In this document: positions 16,450 to 25,057 of the stretch, one piece after another
Layout: each line of letters opens with the position of its first letter
How positions within the stretch are numbered: the stretch's first letter is position 1
DNA from: a virus
Taxonomy: Duplodnaviria > Heunggongvirae > Uroviricota > Caudoviricetes
Length of the DNA: 64,000 nt
Reading direction: 5' to 3' (one strand)
IMG/VR virus record: IMGVR_UViG_3300042900_000713
Span: 39,886-103,885 of that record
The notes under the pieces: generated by a model
The model's database searches: none
The model's input: the letters and a program-made list of their open reading frames with translations, nothing else
Told to the model about the DNA's origin: nothing
Made by a program: the position numbers and the translations under genes

Positions 16450-16682
16450 TTCCGTGCCTCATAATAATATTTTGCATCTATTCCACAAGTATCAATTGTA
16501 GAATAACTGATTCTTTCGCAAGAGCAGAATGGTTGGACACTCTTTCCAGACACCAAATCATTACCTCTCGGTCTTACGCACCTAGCATACTCAAGTCCGT
16601 CTCCAAACCCAAGGGTGAAAATTATTTCAGCAATTTCGGGGCGGCAGTGCTTACAATTTTTACAGTATTTGAGGTCGGTCAT
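16446..16682 (-). CDS. Cys-rich small protein (CxxC x3)
   Basis: CKNCKHC…CVRP…CSCE. Confidence 0.5.
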   Translation of the reverse strand: MTDLKYCKNCKHCRPEIAEIIFTLGFGDGLEYARCVRPRGNDLVSGKSVQPFCSCERISYSTIDTCGIDAKYYYEARK

Positions 16683-16969
16683 TAATTTAGTGAATGATTA
16701 GGGTCAGTGTGTCCTGTTGCTGGAGTCCAAAGAACAGAGAGTTTTTTACCTTTTGTTGAGATGTTTATGTGGTCTATTTGTCCGCTTTTGCGTGTGATAC
16801 CAATCCACATCGCATCATCATCAAGTCTTTCTGCGTGAAACATCTCAATATCCTGAACGATAATCTCATCAGGATTTTTAGTTTCCTGTTTTGGGAAATC
16901 TGTCCTATTCTCCCGTTCCCTATGTTCTGCTATATCCAACATTTCCTCATAATTCAACGGTTTCGTCAT
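16682..16969 (-). CDS. hypothetical protein 95 aa
   Basis: Coupled minus ORF. Confidence 0.5.
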   Translation of the reverse strand: MTKPLNYEEMLDIAEHRERENRTDFPKQETKNPDEIIVQDIEMFHAERLDDDAMWIGITRKSGQIDHINISTKGKKLSVLWTPATGHTDPNHSLN

Positions 16970-17151
16970 TCTTCCTCCATCTCAAAACTCATATCATAAT
17001 ATGGCCCTAGTACTTCTGCTTTACTATAACACCAATTACAAAACTCCATACTTTCTATCATATCAACATCCCAACCACAACATTCCACGGCAGTATGAAG
17101 TGTAGAAAGAAACTCTGGAGTAAGAAGTTCTTTTAGTTCTTGTTTCGCCAT
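16966..17151 (-). CDS. hypothetical protein 61 aa
   Basis: Coupled minus ORF. Confidence 0.45.
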   Translation of the reverse strand: MAKQELKELLTPEFLSTLHTAVECCGWDVDMIESMEFCNWCYSKAEVLGPYYDMSFEMEEE

Positions 17152-17378
17152 AATAGTTCAAGTTCATCACAAATAGCATCAATTTCGTGAATAGCATCAT
17201 CCCAACCATTCACATAACTTACGTGACAATCATCCCTCCAATTTACATTCTCATTAGTTCCCGAAATAAGTTCTCGTAGTTTCTCAAGAGTTTCTTTGAG
17301 TGCCCAGGCAGTATTATGATGTTTGCTATTGGAGATTACCCGTAGGAGTTCTTCTGCGATTTGTTGATTTGTAGTCAT
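17133..17378 (-). CDS. hypothetical protein 81 aa (MTTNQQIAEELL…)
   Basis: Coupled minus ORF; its 5' end is duplicated at 17950-17985. Confidence 0.5.
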   Translation of the reverse strand: MTTNQQIAEELLRVISNSKHHNTAWALKETLEKLRELISGTNENVNWRDDCHVSYVNGWDDAIHEIDAICDELELLWRNKN

Positions 17379-17542
17379 TTTAGTGCATCAATAAATGTGT
17401 TATACATCCAAGAGATTACGAGTGCTTGTGCCCAAGTGAGAGGAAAGAAAGACACAAGTGCCCAACCAACTAATCCTATAACAACATAAAATCCAATTGT
17501 TTCACCAATCTTTTCGGCAGACTTTTCAGTCATTTTAGTCAT
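17375..17542 (-). CDS. small membrane protein 55 aa
   Basis: ATGA-coupled at both ends; FYVVIGLVGWALVSFFPLTW hydrophobic. Confidence 0.4.
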   Translation of the reverse strand: MTKMTEKSAEKIGETIGFYVVIGLVGWALVSFFPLTWAQALVISWMYNTFIDALK

Positions 17543-17883
17543 TCCACACCCTCACTCATAAGAACTTTAAGAGCATCCCATTCATCCGTAGTCAGCATAT
17601 CTTTCACTTTCTCTATAACTTCTTTACTTGATTCTCGTTTCTGAATTTCTTCTGTGGTATAATACTGAGCGGGTTTTCCATCTGCATCACCATAAGGAAT
17701 TGCATCATACCAACCTTGGTTTGGGAATAGTTTACATAATGCGCCTATATTTACATACCTTGGTCTCTCATTTTCTACAATATCTTGAATATGAGACCAC
17801 GCAACATCTTCTGCGGTCTCACTGTCATCAGCAACTACCATTACATCGTAAATAACAGAGATGGGATAAAGTTTTTTCGTCAT
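17539..17883 (-). CDS. hypothetical protein 114 aa
   Basis: Coupled minus ORF. Confidence 0.55.
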   Translation of the reverse strand: MTKKLYPISVIYDVMVVADDSETAEDVAWSHIQDIVENERPRYVNIGALCKLFPNQGWYDAIPYGDADGKPAQYYTTEEIQKRESSKEVIEKVKDMLTTDEWDALKVLMSEGVE

Positions 17884-17949
17884 TTGGAGTTCCTCTTGTG
17901 TGTATGGGAAATAGAATTGGGAGTAGATGGATTTGCACCATCATTGCTA

Positions 17950-17985
17950 AGTAGGAGTTCTTCTGCGATTTGTTGATTAGTCATT
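17950..17985 (-). repeat. duplicated gene 5' end (copy of 17340-17378)
   Basis: gtaggagttcttctgcgatttgttgatt(t)agtcat; encodes MTNQQIAEELL then diverges into a 34-aa ORF. Confidence 0.7.
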
Positions 17986-18483
17986 TCAGTTCTCCACCAC
18001 TTTGATTTCTTGAGTGTAAGAACTTCTATTTACAAAGCAGTCATCAAGCACTTCAGGTTCAGAATAATACTCCACATATCCTTCTTCTGATGCTTCAAAC
18101 CCATTTTCTTCACAACACATAAAATACTCTTCAGGAGTATAAATCACAGTGCGAATAATCTTCACAAGTTTTAGATTGGGATAGTTCTTCTCTTCCCTCT
18201 TGAGACGGTCAATCTCCTTCTGCATTTCTGCAATCTGATTTTCCAGTTGTTCGTATTTTTTCATAGGTTTGATTTCCTCAATGTGAATGATGTCTCCTGC
18301 GGTGGGTTCATCGGAATCTAACTCAAAACCATCATAGGTATGCTGACACTCATAATCACCTTCATCATTTTTATAATAATAAGGGTTGCCTGTAGCATTC
18401 TTTGTTATTTTACCTTCACAAATACATCCATTCCTCAAAGTCACTCGGACATTCTTATCAACAAACTGTGAAAGGTCAATCAT
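17986..18483 (-). CDS. hypothetical protein 165 aa with coiled-coil segment
   Basis: ATG after E23 TATAAT promoter. Confidence 0.55.
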   Translation of the reverse strand: MIDLSQFVDKNVRVTLRNGCICEGKITKNATGNPYYYKNDEGDYECQHTYDGFELDSDEPTAGDIIHIEEIKPMKKYEQLENQIAEMQKEIDRLKREEKNYPNLKLVKIIRTVIYTPEEYFMCCEENGFEASEEGYVEYYSEPEVLDDCFVNRSSYTQEIKVVEN

Positions 18484-18563
18484 TGTGGTTCTGTGTGTAT
18501 GAGTGTATTATAGGGTATTATGGACGGTTGTGGAGTTCCCTTGTGACGGTTCAAAGAGTGTCC
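18484..18563 (-). promoter_or_regulatory. cassette E23 (subfamily E: TATAAT + CATACACA leader)
   Basis: gtgtatgagtgtattatagggtat…cttgtgacggttcaaagagtgtcc. Confidence 0.6.
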
Positions 18564-18569
18564 TACCCC

Positions 18570-18731
18570 TCAAGTTCTCCATCCAATATCAGTGATTTTA
18601 TCTTCAAGTCGGGAGCACAAGGATTCCAAATCTTCAATCTTACATTCTAATCTAAACTTCGAATCATATTCAAGTTCATAAATGCGGTCTTCAAGTTGTT
18701 GAAATCGTTGTTCAAGTTGTTCTTCAGTCAT
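18570..18731 (-). CDS. coiled-coil small protein 53 aa
   Basis: Overlaps upstream gene start; stop in E23 box. Confidence 0.35.
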   Translation of the reverse strand: MTEEQLEQRFQQLEDRIYELEYDSKFRLECKIEDLESLCSRLEDKITDIGWRT

Positions 18732-18975
18732 TTTCAAGTTCCTTTGCTATTTTTTTAATCCAAATAATATCAAGTGCATCTGCTTTTCTTCCTGTTGCTC
18801 TACCCCATTTATTATAATGAACTCCACCACCATTTCCTAAATCAAATACAAAAGGACGGTCATCATCTGGATGCCTATGAAGCATTACAATTTTACCATA
18901 AAAAGTTTTATCGTCTCTGCGAACAACCTTGACAACATATCCAACACATTCTTCAAGGTCAACAAGTTCAGTCAT
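18724..18975 (-). CDS. hypothetical protein 83 aa
   Basis: Coupled minus ORF. Confidence 0.5.
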   Translation of the reverse strand: MTELVDLEECVGYVVKVVRRDDKTFYGKIVMLHRHPDDDRPFVFDLGNGGGVHYNKWGRATGRKADALDIIWIKKIAKELEND

Positions 18976-19207
18976 TCAAAACATCTCCAAGTTTAATGTC
19001 TTTGTTTCTCTGGTCTTTATGATACACCAAGCAATCCTTATTCCATCCCGATTCTTTCAGTACGATGTGGTTATAGGGAGTAGCATTAACATCTTTAAGG
19101 TATTCAGTATCCATAATCGCCTGCTCAAAAGTTCTTGCTTGTGTAGAATCTTCTGCTAAAACCCAACCAGATTTGGTAACTTCAACATAAAATAGTTTTT
19201 GAGTCAT
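18968..19207 (-). CDS. hypothetical protein 79 aa
   Basis: Coupled minus ORF. Confidence 0.5.
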   Translation of the reverse strand: MTQKLFYVEVTKSGWVLAEDSTQARTFEQAIMDTEYLKDVNATPYNHIVLKESGWNKDCLVYHKDQRNKDIKLGDVLND

Positions 19208-19527
19208 TTGTTCTCTCCTAATGTTTTTTTAAATTGATGTGAATAGTTCATTTCCGACCAAATATCATTCAGTTCTGCCCAGAATACTTCAGGATTTGAG
19301 TGATACCGTCTATCAGTCATACGATAAGACCACGCCTCAAAGGCATAATGAACGCTCTTCCATCCACAGATATACCTATCCAACCACAGAGGAGTCCAAT
19401 CGTCATTTCGGTAATCAAATGGATTCCAGCGATAATGAGGTTGACACCACTCATCCCAGGCATTTGTGTGTCCTTGAAGATAGTTGTAGGTATTGACCCA
19501 CCGTTTGTATTTTTCAAGTAGGTTCAT
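19204..19527 (-). CDS. Trp-rich hypothetical protein 107 aa
   Basis: Coupled minus ORF. Confidence 0.5.
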   Translation of the reverse strand: MNLLEKYKRWVNTYNYLQGHTNAWDEWCQPHYRWNPFDYRNDDWTPLWLDRYICGWKSVHYAFEAWSYRMTDRRYHSNPEVFWAELNDIWSEMNYSHQFKKTLGENK

Positions 19528-19685
19528 TCGTCAGTCTCCAAGTAATCACCAGTAGTATAAAGAAATAAAACACCAGTTAAAACCAGAGCAGAAATCCAAA
19601 GATTACCATCAGAAATTGTGTTTACTCCAATACCCAGAAAGATAAGTAGAGGTATTTGAAGTAGGAATTTGAATACAAATTTCAT
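19524..19685 (-). CDS. small membrane protein 53 aa
   Basis: ATGA-coupled; two hydrophobic segments. Confidence 0.35.
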   Translation of the reverse strand: MKFVFKFLLQIPLLIFLGIGVNTISDGNLWISALVLTGVLFLYTTGDYLETDE

Positions 19686-19686
19686 T

Positions 19687-19956
19687 TTAGTTCATCATCC
19701 AACAGTTGTTTTCATCATCCCAGTGCCGACTATCGTAAAACCTAAAATCTACACTATATCCAAAAAGACCAACCCCTACATTAACTCCTGCGTGGTCGGT
19801 TCTAGTTTTCCAAGAAAATTCAAAGGAAACTATATCAGCAGAGCGAAAGAAGTCAAAATCCCAATACTTATGACGAAATGGAGTTTTACGAGTAGTAGAC
19901 CAGATGTTTCCCCACCTATCAATCGGAAGTTCAATTTTGAAGTTAAAGTTAATCAT
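19687..19956 (-). CDS. Trp-rich hypothetical protein 89 aa
   Basis: Coupled minus ORF. Confidence 0.5.
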   Translation of the reverse strand: MINFNFKIELPIDRWGNIWSTTRKTPFRHKYWDFDFFRSADIVSFEFSWKTRTDHAGVNVGVGLFGYSVDFRFYDSRHWDDENNCWMMN

Positions 19957-20261
19957 TTTAGTTCATCTCCTTTATTAAGAATATCAGTCAGTTGATTTAT
20001 GATTTTATCCAGTTTCCTACCATTACCCAAATATTGAGTATCAGCATCCCACAAATAACAGGCAAGACTTTCAAGTTGAGGAATAATCATAGCACGAATT
20101 TGTTGTTCTTTAGTCATCAGTAATTCTCATCAACATGAAGTTCAGATTCATCTTCTCTACCTTTATCATACATTTCTCGGGCAAACTTTAAGAGTGGTTC
20201 GTTTACAAATTCATCAAGTCCACAGGTTATAGCAAGTTTAAAAATTTCTGCATCAGTCATT

Positions 20262-20651
20262 TCATTCTCCAATAAGTTCTACAAAGTCTCTAAAGTAGTT
20301 ATAGACTTCAAGGTAACCTAAAGAGTGTCCGTGTTCCCAAGCGAGTTCAAAACATTTGAACCTTTTAGGATTATTAGTCACACCATAGTCTTCAAACAAA
20401 TCATTCTTGAACTCTTCGTGAAGTTTAGTACTTTCAGTATCATATTGTTTGAGATGTGCTTTACATGCTTCTTCATCCAAAACTTCTTGAATGACTGCAT
20501 TAGGATATTCTTCTTTTAGTTCTGCTTTATCCTTTTCCCAAGTAGGACCAGACCAAAGAACTACACCCTTATCATAAACATAAGAGGTGATGTAATCCTT
20601 TTTGTTGGGATAAAAAGTTTGTGGTTTGGAATAATAATCAAAAGGTTTCAT
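20262..20651 (-). CDS. hypothetical protein ~130 aa
   Basis: Internal ATG (MKPFDYY) with GGAGAACTGAAATG RBS directly after stop of 20653..20874. Confidence 0.5.
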   Translation of the reverse strand: MKPFDYYSKPQTFYPNKKDYITSYVYDKGVVLWSGPTWEKDKAELKEEYPNAVIQEVLDEEACKAHLKQYDTESTKLHEEFKNDLFEDYGVTNNPKRFKCFELAWEHGHSLGYLEVYNYFRDFVELIGE

Positions 20652-20652
20652 T

Positions 20653-20874
20653 TCAGTTCTCCTTGAAGAGTTTGTAGATGGCATCAGCAATAGCAAGTGC
20701 TTCTTCCTTTCCCATACAAATATGTTGAATTCGTTTATCACCTCGTTCAGTATCTTCTTCCCAATAAGAAATGGTGCATCCATCGCATCCCCCATCAAGG
20801 TGAGTATCCTCTACATTATACCAAAAATCTTGGTGTTGTTGAATGCGAACTTGGTTTGTGATTTCAATAGTCAT
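20653..20874 (-). CDS. Cys-containing hypothetical protein 73 aa
   Basis: ATG after E24 TATAAT promoter. Confidence 0.5.
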   Translation of the reverse strand: MTIEITNQVRIQQHQDFWYNVEDTHLDGGCDGCTISYWEEDTERGDKRIQHICMGKEEALAIADAIYKLFKEN

Positions 20875-20957
20875 TTGGAGTTTGTCTTGTGTATGAGTGT
20901 ATTATAAGGCATCTGGTGACCCTGTGGAGGGTGTTTGTGCCGGTTTCTCAAGTGTCC
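20875..20957 (-). promoter_or_regulatory. cassette E24 (subfamily E; TCCACA-17-TATAAT)
   Basis: ~80% identical to E25 over 80 bp. Confidence 0.65.
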
Positions 20958-21145
20958 CCAACAGAGTTGAGAGCAAGACCAATTCTACTAATTTTATTTT
21001 CTAAACTATTGTAATACTGATAAACATAATTATCATCAAGATTATCATTTTTTGCTTTCCTCACAAGAGCAAGCAAATCGTTAATCTCATAATTACTAAA
21101 GGGTTCTACCGTCCATTCACCGATAGATACAACTTTTTTAGTCAT
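20948..21145 (-). CDS. hypothetical protein 65 aa
   Basis: ATG after E25; stop in E24 box. Confidence 0.45.
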   Translation of the reverse strand: MTKKVVSIGEWTVEPFSNYEINDLLALVRKAKNDNLDDNYVYQYYNSLENKISRIGLALNSVGDT

Positions 21146-21227
21146 CAGGTGTCTTTGTGTGTATGAATGTATTATAGGGCATCTGGTGCCCCTGTGAAGT
21201 ACCCTTGTGCCGGTTTCTCAAGTGTCC
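21146..21227 (-). promoter_or_regulatory. cassette E25 (subfamily E; TTCACA-17-TATAAT)
   Basis: gtgtatgaatgtattatagggcatctggtgcccctgtgaagtacccttgtgccggtttctcaagtgtcc. Confidence 0.65.
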
Positions 21228-21257
21228 TCGTTCTCTATTTCCGAATAGCGAATAATA

Positions 21258-21443
21258 TCATAATGCTTGGTATTCATCAAAACCTTCTGGGTTAAAATGT
21301 CCTATAGTAAGTTTAATTGTTTCACCAGTAAGTTCGTGTTTTAATACAACTCTGTGTGAATATTGTTTCACTACGATATAAGCATCATTAGAGGTTTTAT
21401 GCTTCCATCTGGAATTTATTTCAAGTTGTCTCATAATCATCAA
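21258..21443 (-). CDS. hypothetical protein 61 aa
   Basis: Stop in E25 box. Confidence 0.45.
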   Translation of the reverse strand: MMIMRQLEINSRWKHKTSNDAYIVVKQYSHRVVLKHELTGETIKLTIGHFNPEGFDEYQAL

Positions 21444-21467
21444 AATCTCTGGGTTCTACAAGTGTCC
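21444..21467 (-). promoter_or_regulatory. box remnant E26 (ctacaagtgtcc)
   Basis: Half-box at the 3' boundary of GIY-YIG cassette copy 1. Confidence 0.3.
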
Positions 21468-22139
21468 TTATTCTAATCTTTTTCTTTTGGAAGTATCAAT
21501 ACCTTTTGCTTTTTGATACTTTGTTAGATTTCCCGCATTAGTTATAAATCCAGTTTCAAGGCATTCCCATCGTTGTGCGGCAACTTTTTTTCCAGTTTCA
21601 CTTAATTGCTCTGTTGTAAGTCTGTGAATACCTATTTTTAGTTTTCTTCTCGTTAGCAAACTTTGTCTTGCTGTTTTTTGTCGTTGTTCTTTGGTTAAAC
21701 CACAAATACCAACACCAAGTTCTTTTACTTTTGCTCCACCTTTTTTTGCATTTTCTATTGTTTCTTCTTTTGTAAGTGAGTGAATACCAAGTTTCAATTC
21801 AGTTATTTTTTGACCTCCTTTTCTTCCTGCTATTCTTGCTTGTTTTATTGATATTGTTCCCGCACAACTTTCATTTAGACACCAGTTATCAGTATTATAA
21901 ACTGGTTTTATCAATCTTTGTTCTACTTTATTTGCTTCTATCCAACTTTCATCAGTAAAAGAAAATACTTCCAATATTTGTTTCTTTGGAGTATAAAGTT
22001 CCCAGCACCATTTATGAGTTTCAGGAGAACCCCAATACTCCTCATCAAATCTTTTTTCCTTATGAACTCCATAATAGTAATATGGAACTTCTTCAAATGT
22101 GATTTTATACAAGTATATTCTTGGACTATAAGAAGTCAT
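21468..22139 (-). CDS. GIY-YIG-like homing endonuclease with C-terminal NUMOD3-like repeats (copy 1)
   Basis: RIYLYKITFEEVPYYYYGVH (GIY…YIG spacing); repeated GIHSLTKEE / GICGLTKEQ modules; paralog of 42291..43088. Confidence 0.7.
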   Translation of the reverse strand: MTSYSPRIYLYKITFEEVPYYYYGVHKEKRFDEEYWGSPETHKWCWELYTPKKQILEVFSFTDESWIEANKVEQRLIKPVYNTDNWCLNESCAGTISIKQARIAGRKGGQKITELKLGIHSLTKEETIENAKKGGAKVKELGVGICGLTKEQRQKTARQSLLTRRKLKIGIHRLTTEQLSETGKKVAAQRWECLETGFITNAGNLTKYQKAKGIDTSKRKRLE

Positions 22140-22166
22140 AGTTCTACTTTACTAATACGGCATTAC

Positions 22167-22174
22167 TATTTATA
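22167..22174 (-). promoter_or_regulatory. T4-type late promoter motif TATAAATA upstream of GIY-YIG copy 1
   Basis: ~30 nt upstream of the ATG at 22139. Confidence 0.55.
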
Positions 22175-22175
22175 C

Positions 22176-22198
22176 AAGAAAAGGTGCCCGAAAGCACC
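22176..22198 (-). terminator. terminator hairpin GGTGCttcgGGCACC + T-rich tail (GIY-YIG cassette copy 1)
   Basis: Conserved with copy 2 at ~43135-43155. Confidence 0.5.
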
Positions 22199-22242
22199 CA
22201 ATCTATACTTATTGAAATTGCCGTATCAGTAAGCATCTTTAT

Positions 22243-22491
22243 TTATGTAGTTTCATTTTCTTCCTCTATCACATCATCAAGTTCTTGAACATTACTCTCA
22301 AATTTTATAAATCTCAAATTATTCAAGTCCTCTAAAAGTTCATTCTTTCTTTCATTTATCTTTTGAATTTCTTCTTTGCTTTCTTCTGTATCACTTATGC
22401 TGTTTTCATACCATACAAGATACTGTTCGCAACCCTCAATCTCTTCAAGAACAAGTTTCTCACACCTTTCAATTGTTTCTATGAGTTTCAT
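22243..22491 (-). CDS. acidic hypothetical protein 82 aa
   Basis: Minus ORF. Confidence 0.5.
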   Translation of the reverse strand: MKLIETIERCEKLVLEEIEGCEQYLVWYENSISDTEESKEEIQKINERKNELLEDLNNLRFIKFESNVQELDDVIEEENETT

Positions 22492-22690
22492 TTAGTTTCT
22501 CCTGTGCTTTACGACGAGCATCATATAATTCCCGAAGTCGTTGAGACCTCTCCCCTCGTTTCTTAACTTGTTCTGGACTATTATACCACGCACTATTATA
22601 TCCGTGCTCTGGGCATTCTGGATTTAGATTTTTATTGTCTGATACTGTGGTTCCTATTTTGATATGAGAACAGGTGCAGGTAGAGTTCAT
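22469..22690 (-). CDS. hypothetical protein 73 aa
   Basis: Minus ORF. Confidence 0.45.
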   Translation of the reverse strand: MNSTCTCSHIKIGTTVSDNKNLNPECPEHGYNSAWYNSPEQVKKRGERSQRLRELYDARRKAQEKLNETHRNN

Positions 22691-22691
22691 T

Positions 22692-22970
22692 TCAAACCTC
22701 CAAAATCACAACTTCTTTTCTTTCCATAGCAATTTCACCATCTACCAACTTACCATCAATCTCGTCTCTATACTCACAAGTATTTTCAGTAAATGAGTAG
22801 TATTCAATATTACTCTGCCACTTGGTAGTATAAACACAATGATGTATGCGGGATTGACGAATTACAAACTCATCCTCAATGTGCTCTCTATAGTTGTCCT
22901 TATAAACAATCAGGACTTCCATATCATCTGGGTAGTTCTCCAAAAGTGCTTTTAGATGTATAAGTTTCAT
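22692..22970 (-). CDS. member of MKxKxLKxLLExxPDDMEV small-protein family (92 aa)
   Basis: N-terminus MKLIHLKALLENYPDDMEV shared with 22974, 23500 and 23909 genes. Confidence 0.5.
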   Translation of the reverse strand: MKLIHLKALLENYPDDMEVLIVYKDNYREHIEDEFVIRQSRIHHCVYTTKWQSNIEYYSFTENTCEYRDEIDGKLVDGEIAMERKEVVILEV

Positions 22971-22973
22971 AAT

Positions 22974-23207
22974 TCAATAAAGCAAAAGGACATCTGTATT
23001 CACTCTTTGAAAATTCCAATAATCATCACTGTCTTCTTTATAATATAATGTATATTCAGTAGGGTTATTTAAATATGCAGGTCCCACTGTTGCTGTTATA
23101 ACTACCAAGTCTATTGTTCTATTATAGTCACTACTCCCATCATCTGTAACAATTTCCATATCTTCTGGAAATTTTTTTAATTTTTCTATAAGGTCTTTGA
23201 TTTTCAT
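22974..23207 (-). CDS. member of MKxKxLKxLLExxPDDMEV family (77 aa)
   Basis: MKIKDLIEKLKKFPEDMEI…DVLLLY. Confidence 0.5.
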   Translation of the reverse strand: MKIKDLIEKLKKFPEDMEIVTDDGSSDYNRTIDLVVITATVGPAYLNNPTEYTLYYKEDSDDYWNFQRVNTDVLLLY

Positions 23208-23217
23208 AAGTTAACAA

Positions 23218-23496
23218 TTAGTAACGAACGTCATAAAGTTCTTCCACTTTCTCAATACAGGGGCAGTAAAAATCCATTCTTGTTTTTTCTACGAAGCAAC
23301 CAACTTTAAACATATGGGGAGTTAAACTAAAAGGACTTCTCCAAGAAATCCAATCCTGCCTTTGATTACACCAATAGATGCATTTATAATAAAGATTTAT
23401 ATCCTCATAAGTCGTCAAGTAATATCCAGATTTACTTGGTTTTGTCTCTGGATATTTCGTCCAATCTTCTGTTGGGATGTTGCTATAGTTTTTCAT
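23218..23496 (-). CDS. Cys/Trp-rich hypothetical protein 92 aa
   Basis: Minus ORF. Confidence 0.5.
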   Translation of the reverse strand: MKNYSNIPTEDWTKYPETKPSKSGYYLTTYEDINLYYKCIYWCNQRQDWISWRSPFSLTPHMFKVGCFVEKTRMDFYCPCIEKVEELYDVRY

Positions 23497-23499
23497 AAG

Positions 23500-23733
23500 T
23501 CAATAAAGCAAAAGAACATCTTTTTTAACTCTTCTCCAACTTAAATCATCATCAAGGTCTTTTTTATAATACATCAACATTAGAGGGTCATTTAAATCTT
23601 CAGGATATACTGTTGCAGTTATAACTTCTGAATCTATTTCAGTATCATAGAACATATGGGAAGAAATATCTTTAACCACTTCCATATCATCTGGGTAGTT
23701 CTCCAGAAGTGCTTTTAGATGTTTGATTTTCAT
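23500..23733 (-). CDS. member of MKxKxLKxLLExxPDDMEV family (77 aa)
   Basis: MKIKHLKALLENYPDDMEV…DVLLLY; closest to 22974..23207. Confidence 0.5.
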   Translation of the reverse strand: MKIKHLKALLENYPDDMEVVKDISSHMFYDTEIDSEVITATVYPEDLNDPLMLMYYKKDLDDDLSWRRVKKDVLLLY

Positions 23734-23912
23734 CGTTCCGCAACTACCTCAAAATCTTTCATAGAAATTCGTTTTTTCATCCAATTACTTTTAGCAAGAA
23801 TACCTTGATTCGGAAAATAAGGAATTGCTATAAGAGTGTAATAGGGAAACCTCAAAATGTTCTGATAAAGAGTGTAAAGGCATCCATCTTTTTTGTATCT
23901 GTAAAGTTTCAT
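23730..23912 (-). CDS. hypothetical protein 60 aa
   Basis: ATGA-coupled. Confidence 0.4.
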   Translation of the reverse strand: MKLYRYKKDGCLYTLYQNILRFPYYTLIAIPYFPNQGILAKSNWMKKRISMKDFEVVAER

Positions 23913-24202
23913 CGTTCAACAACCTCAAGAACAAGAACATCTTTTTTAGTTAGAGGGATATCTTCATAAATTTTCTGTCCATCTTTATAGTCCGTCCTTG
24001 CATGATATGTATCAGTAAAAAACTTACCGTAAACTTCTTCTTTGAGTCTCCATTTAGTCGGAAAGGAACAGTATCCCAGTTCCCTATTATCAACTACAAA
24101 ATCATTTTCATAAACAACATATAAATCCGAAGAGTAATGAAGGACGACCTCCATATCATCGGGAAACATTTCTAAGAGTTCTTTTAGTTCTTTGTTTTTC
24201 AT
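23909..24202 (-). CDS. member of MKxKxLKxLLExxPDDMEV family (97 aa)
   Basis: MKNKELKELLEMFPDDMEV. Confidence 0.5.
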   Translation of the reverse strand: MKNKELKELLEMFPDDMEVVLHYSSDLYVVYENDFVVDNRELGYCSFPTKWRLKEEVYGKFFTDTYHARTDYKDGQKIYEDIPLTKKDVLVLEVVER

Positions 24203-24381
24203 TTCGGTGCTTTATGAGAGTTGATATGATAGTAATTCAAGTAATACCAAAAAAGATTTCTCATTCGGTCTTCATTTGTAAATCCGTCAATATGTGGATA
24301 CATATGACTTCTCCAAGAATACACACAATATTCCAATAGGTGAATGGAAGTGTAGATAGTCCATTTAGTATTTTTAGTCAT
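24199..24381 (-). CDS. hypothetical protein 60 aa
   Basis: ATGA-coupled. Confidence 0.4.
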   Translation of the reverse strand: MTKNTKWTIYTSIHLLEYCVYSWRSHMYPHIDGFTNEDRMRNLFWYYLNYYHINSHKAPK

Positions 24382-24563
24382 TCTTCCTCATCAAGTGTGG
24401 CGAGTAATTTTACGATATGATAGTATTCCTTATAATGCTCCGAGTTATTAAAATGCTCCACAGCATCTTCATAAGACAAATACATTATCTCATTTGTCTT
24501 ATGTAAGTCAGTATATACTTTGCCGTCTCGGCGTTTTTGCATAATCACCCAAAAATTAGTCAT
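24378..24563 (-). CDS. hypothetical protein 61 aa
   Basis: ATGA-coupled. Confidence 0.45.
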   Translation of the reverse strand: MTNFWVIMQKRRDGKVYTDLHKTNEIMYLSYEDAVEHFNNSEHYKEYYHIVKLLATLDEEE

Positions 24564-24698
24564 TTTTAAATCCTTTGTGTTTGATTTCTGTTTTTAGTGT
24601 GTGGTGCATTCTTAACTTTGACCGCCTTTCTATTTCTTTTTTTATATTATCAAGTATTTCTTCTGCTGTTTGAGGTTCCCAACTCTGGTTATTCATTT

Positions 24699-24890
24699 TC
24701 ACCAATCCATCATTCGTCCTGCTTTTGTGTCTGTGTAAATCATCACATATCCTGTGCTATAAGGATTGTTTTTACATTCGTAGTAATGCACTTTTGCTCC
24801 ATTTTCATCAGTAGTTCTTCCAACATACTTTGCGTCTCCTCTTCCATCAACACTCTCCCCATCAAAGAGACAATACCAAGTTTCATTCAT
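24699..24890 (-). CDS. hypothetical protein 63 aa
   Basis: Minus ORF. Confidence 0.45.
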   Translation of the reverse strand: MNETWYCLFDGESVDGRGDAKYVGRTTDENGAKVHYYECKNNPYSTGYVMIYTDTKAGRMMDW

Positions 24891-25057
24891 TTCATCATTC
24901 TATAAGTAAGTGGATAGTTGCAGTTGATGTGATTGAAGAAGTCCCAGGCGGGTTGTTCGTCTTCATCATAATAACCAAGCATCACAGTATCATACCATTC
25001 ATCCCAGCAAATTCCAAACCAGTAGAAACCATAAGAGAGTTTATCAAAGAAGTTCAT
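24887..25057 (-). CDS. Trp/Tyr-rich small protein 56 aa
   Basis: ATGA-coupled; further short coupled ORFs likely fill 25058-25404. Confidence 0.35.
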   Translation of the reverse strand: MNFFDKLSYGFYWFGICWDEWYDTVMLGYYDEDEQPAWDFFNHINCNYPLTYRMMK

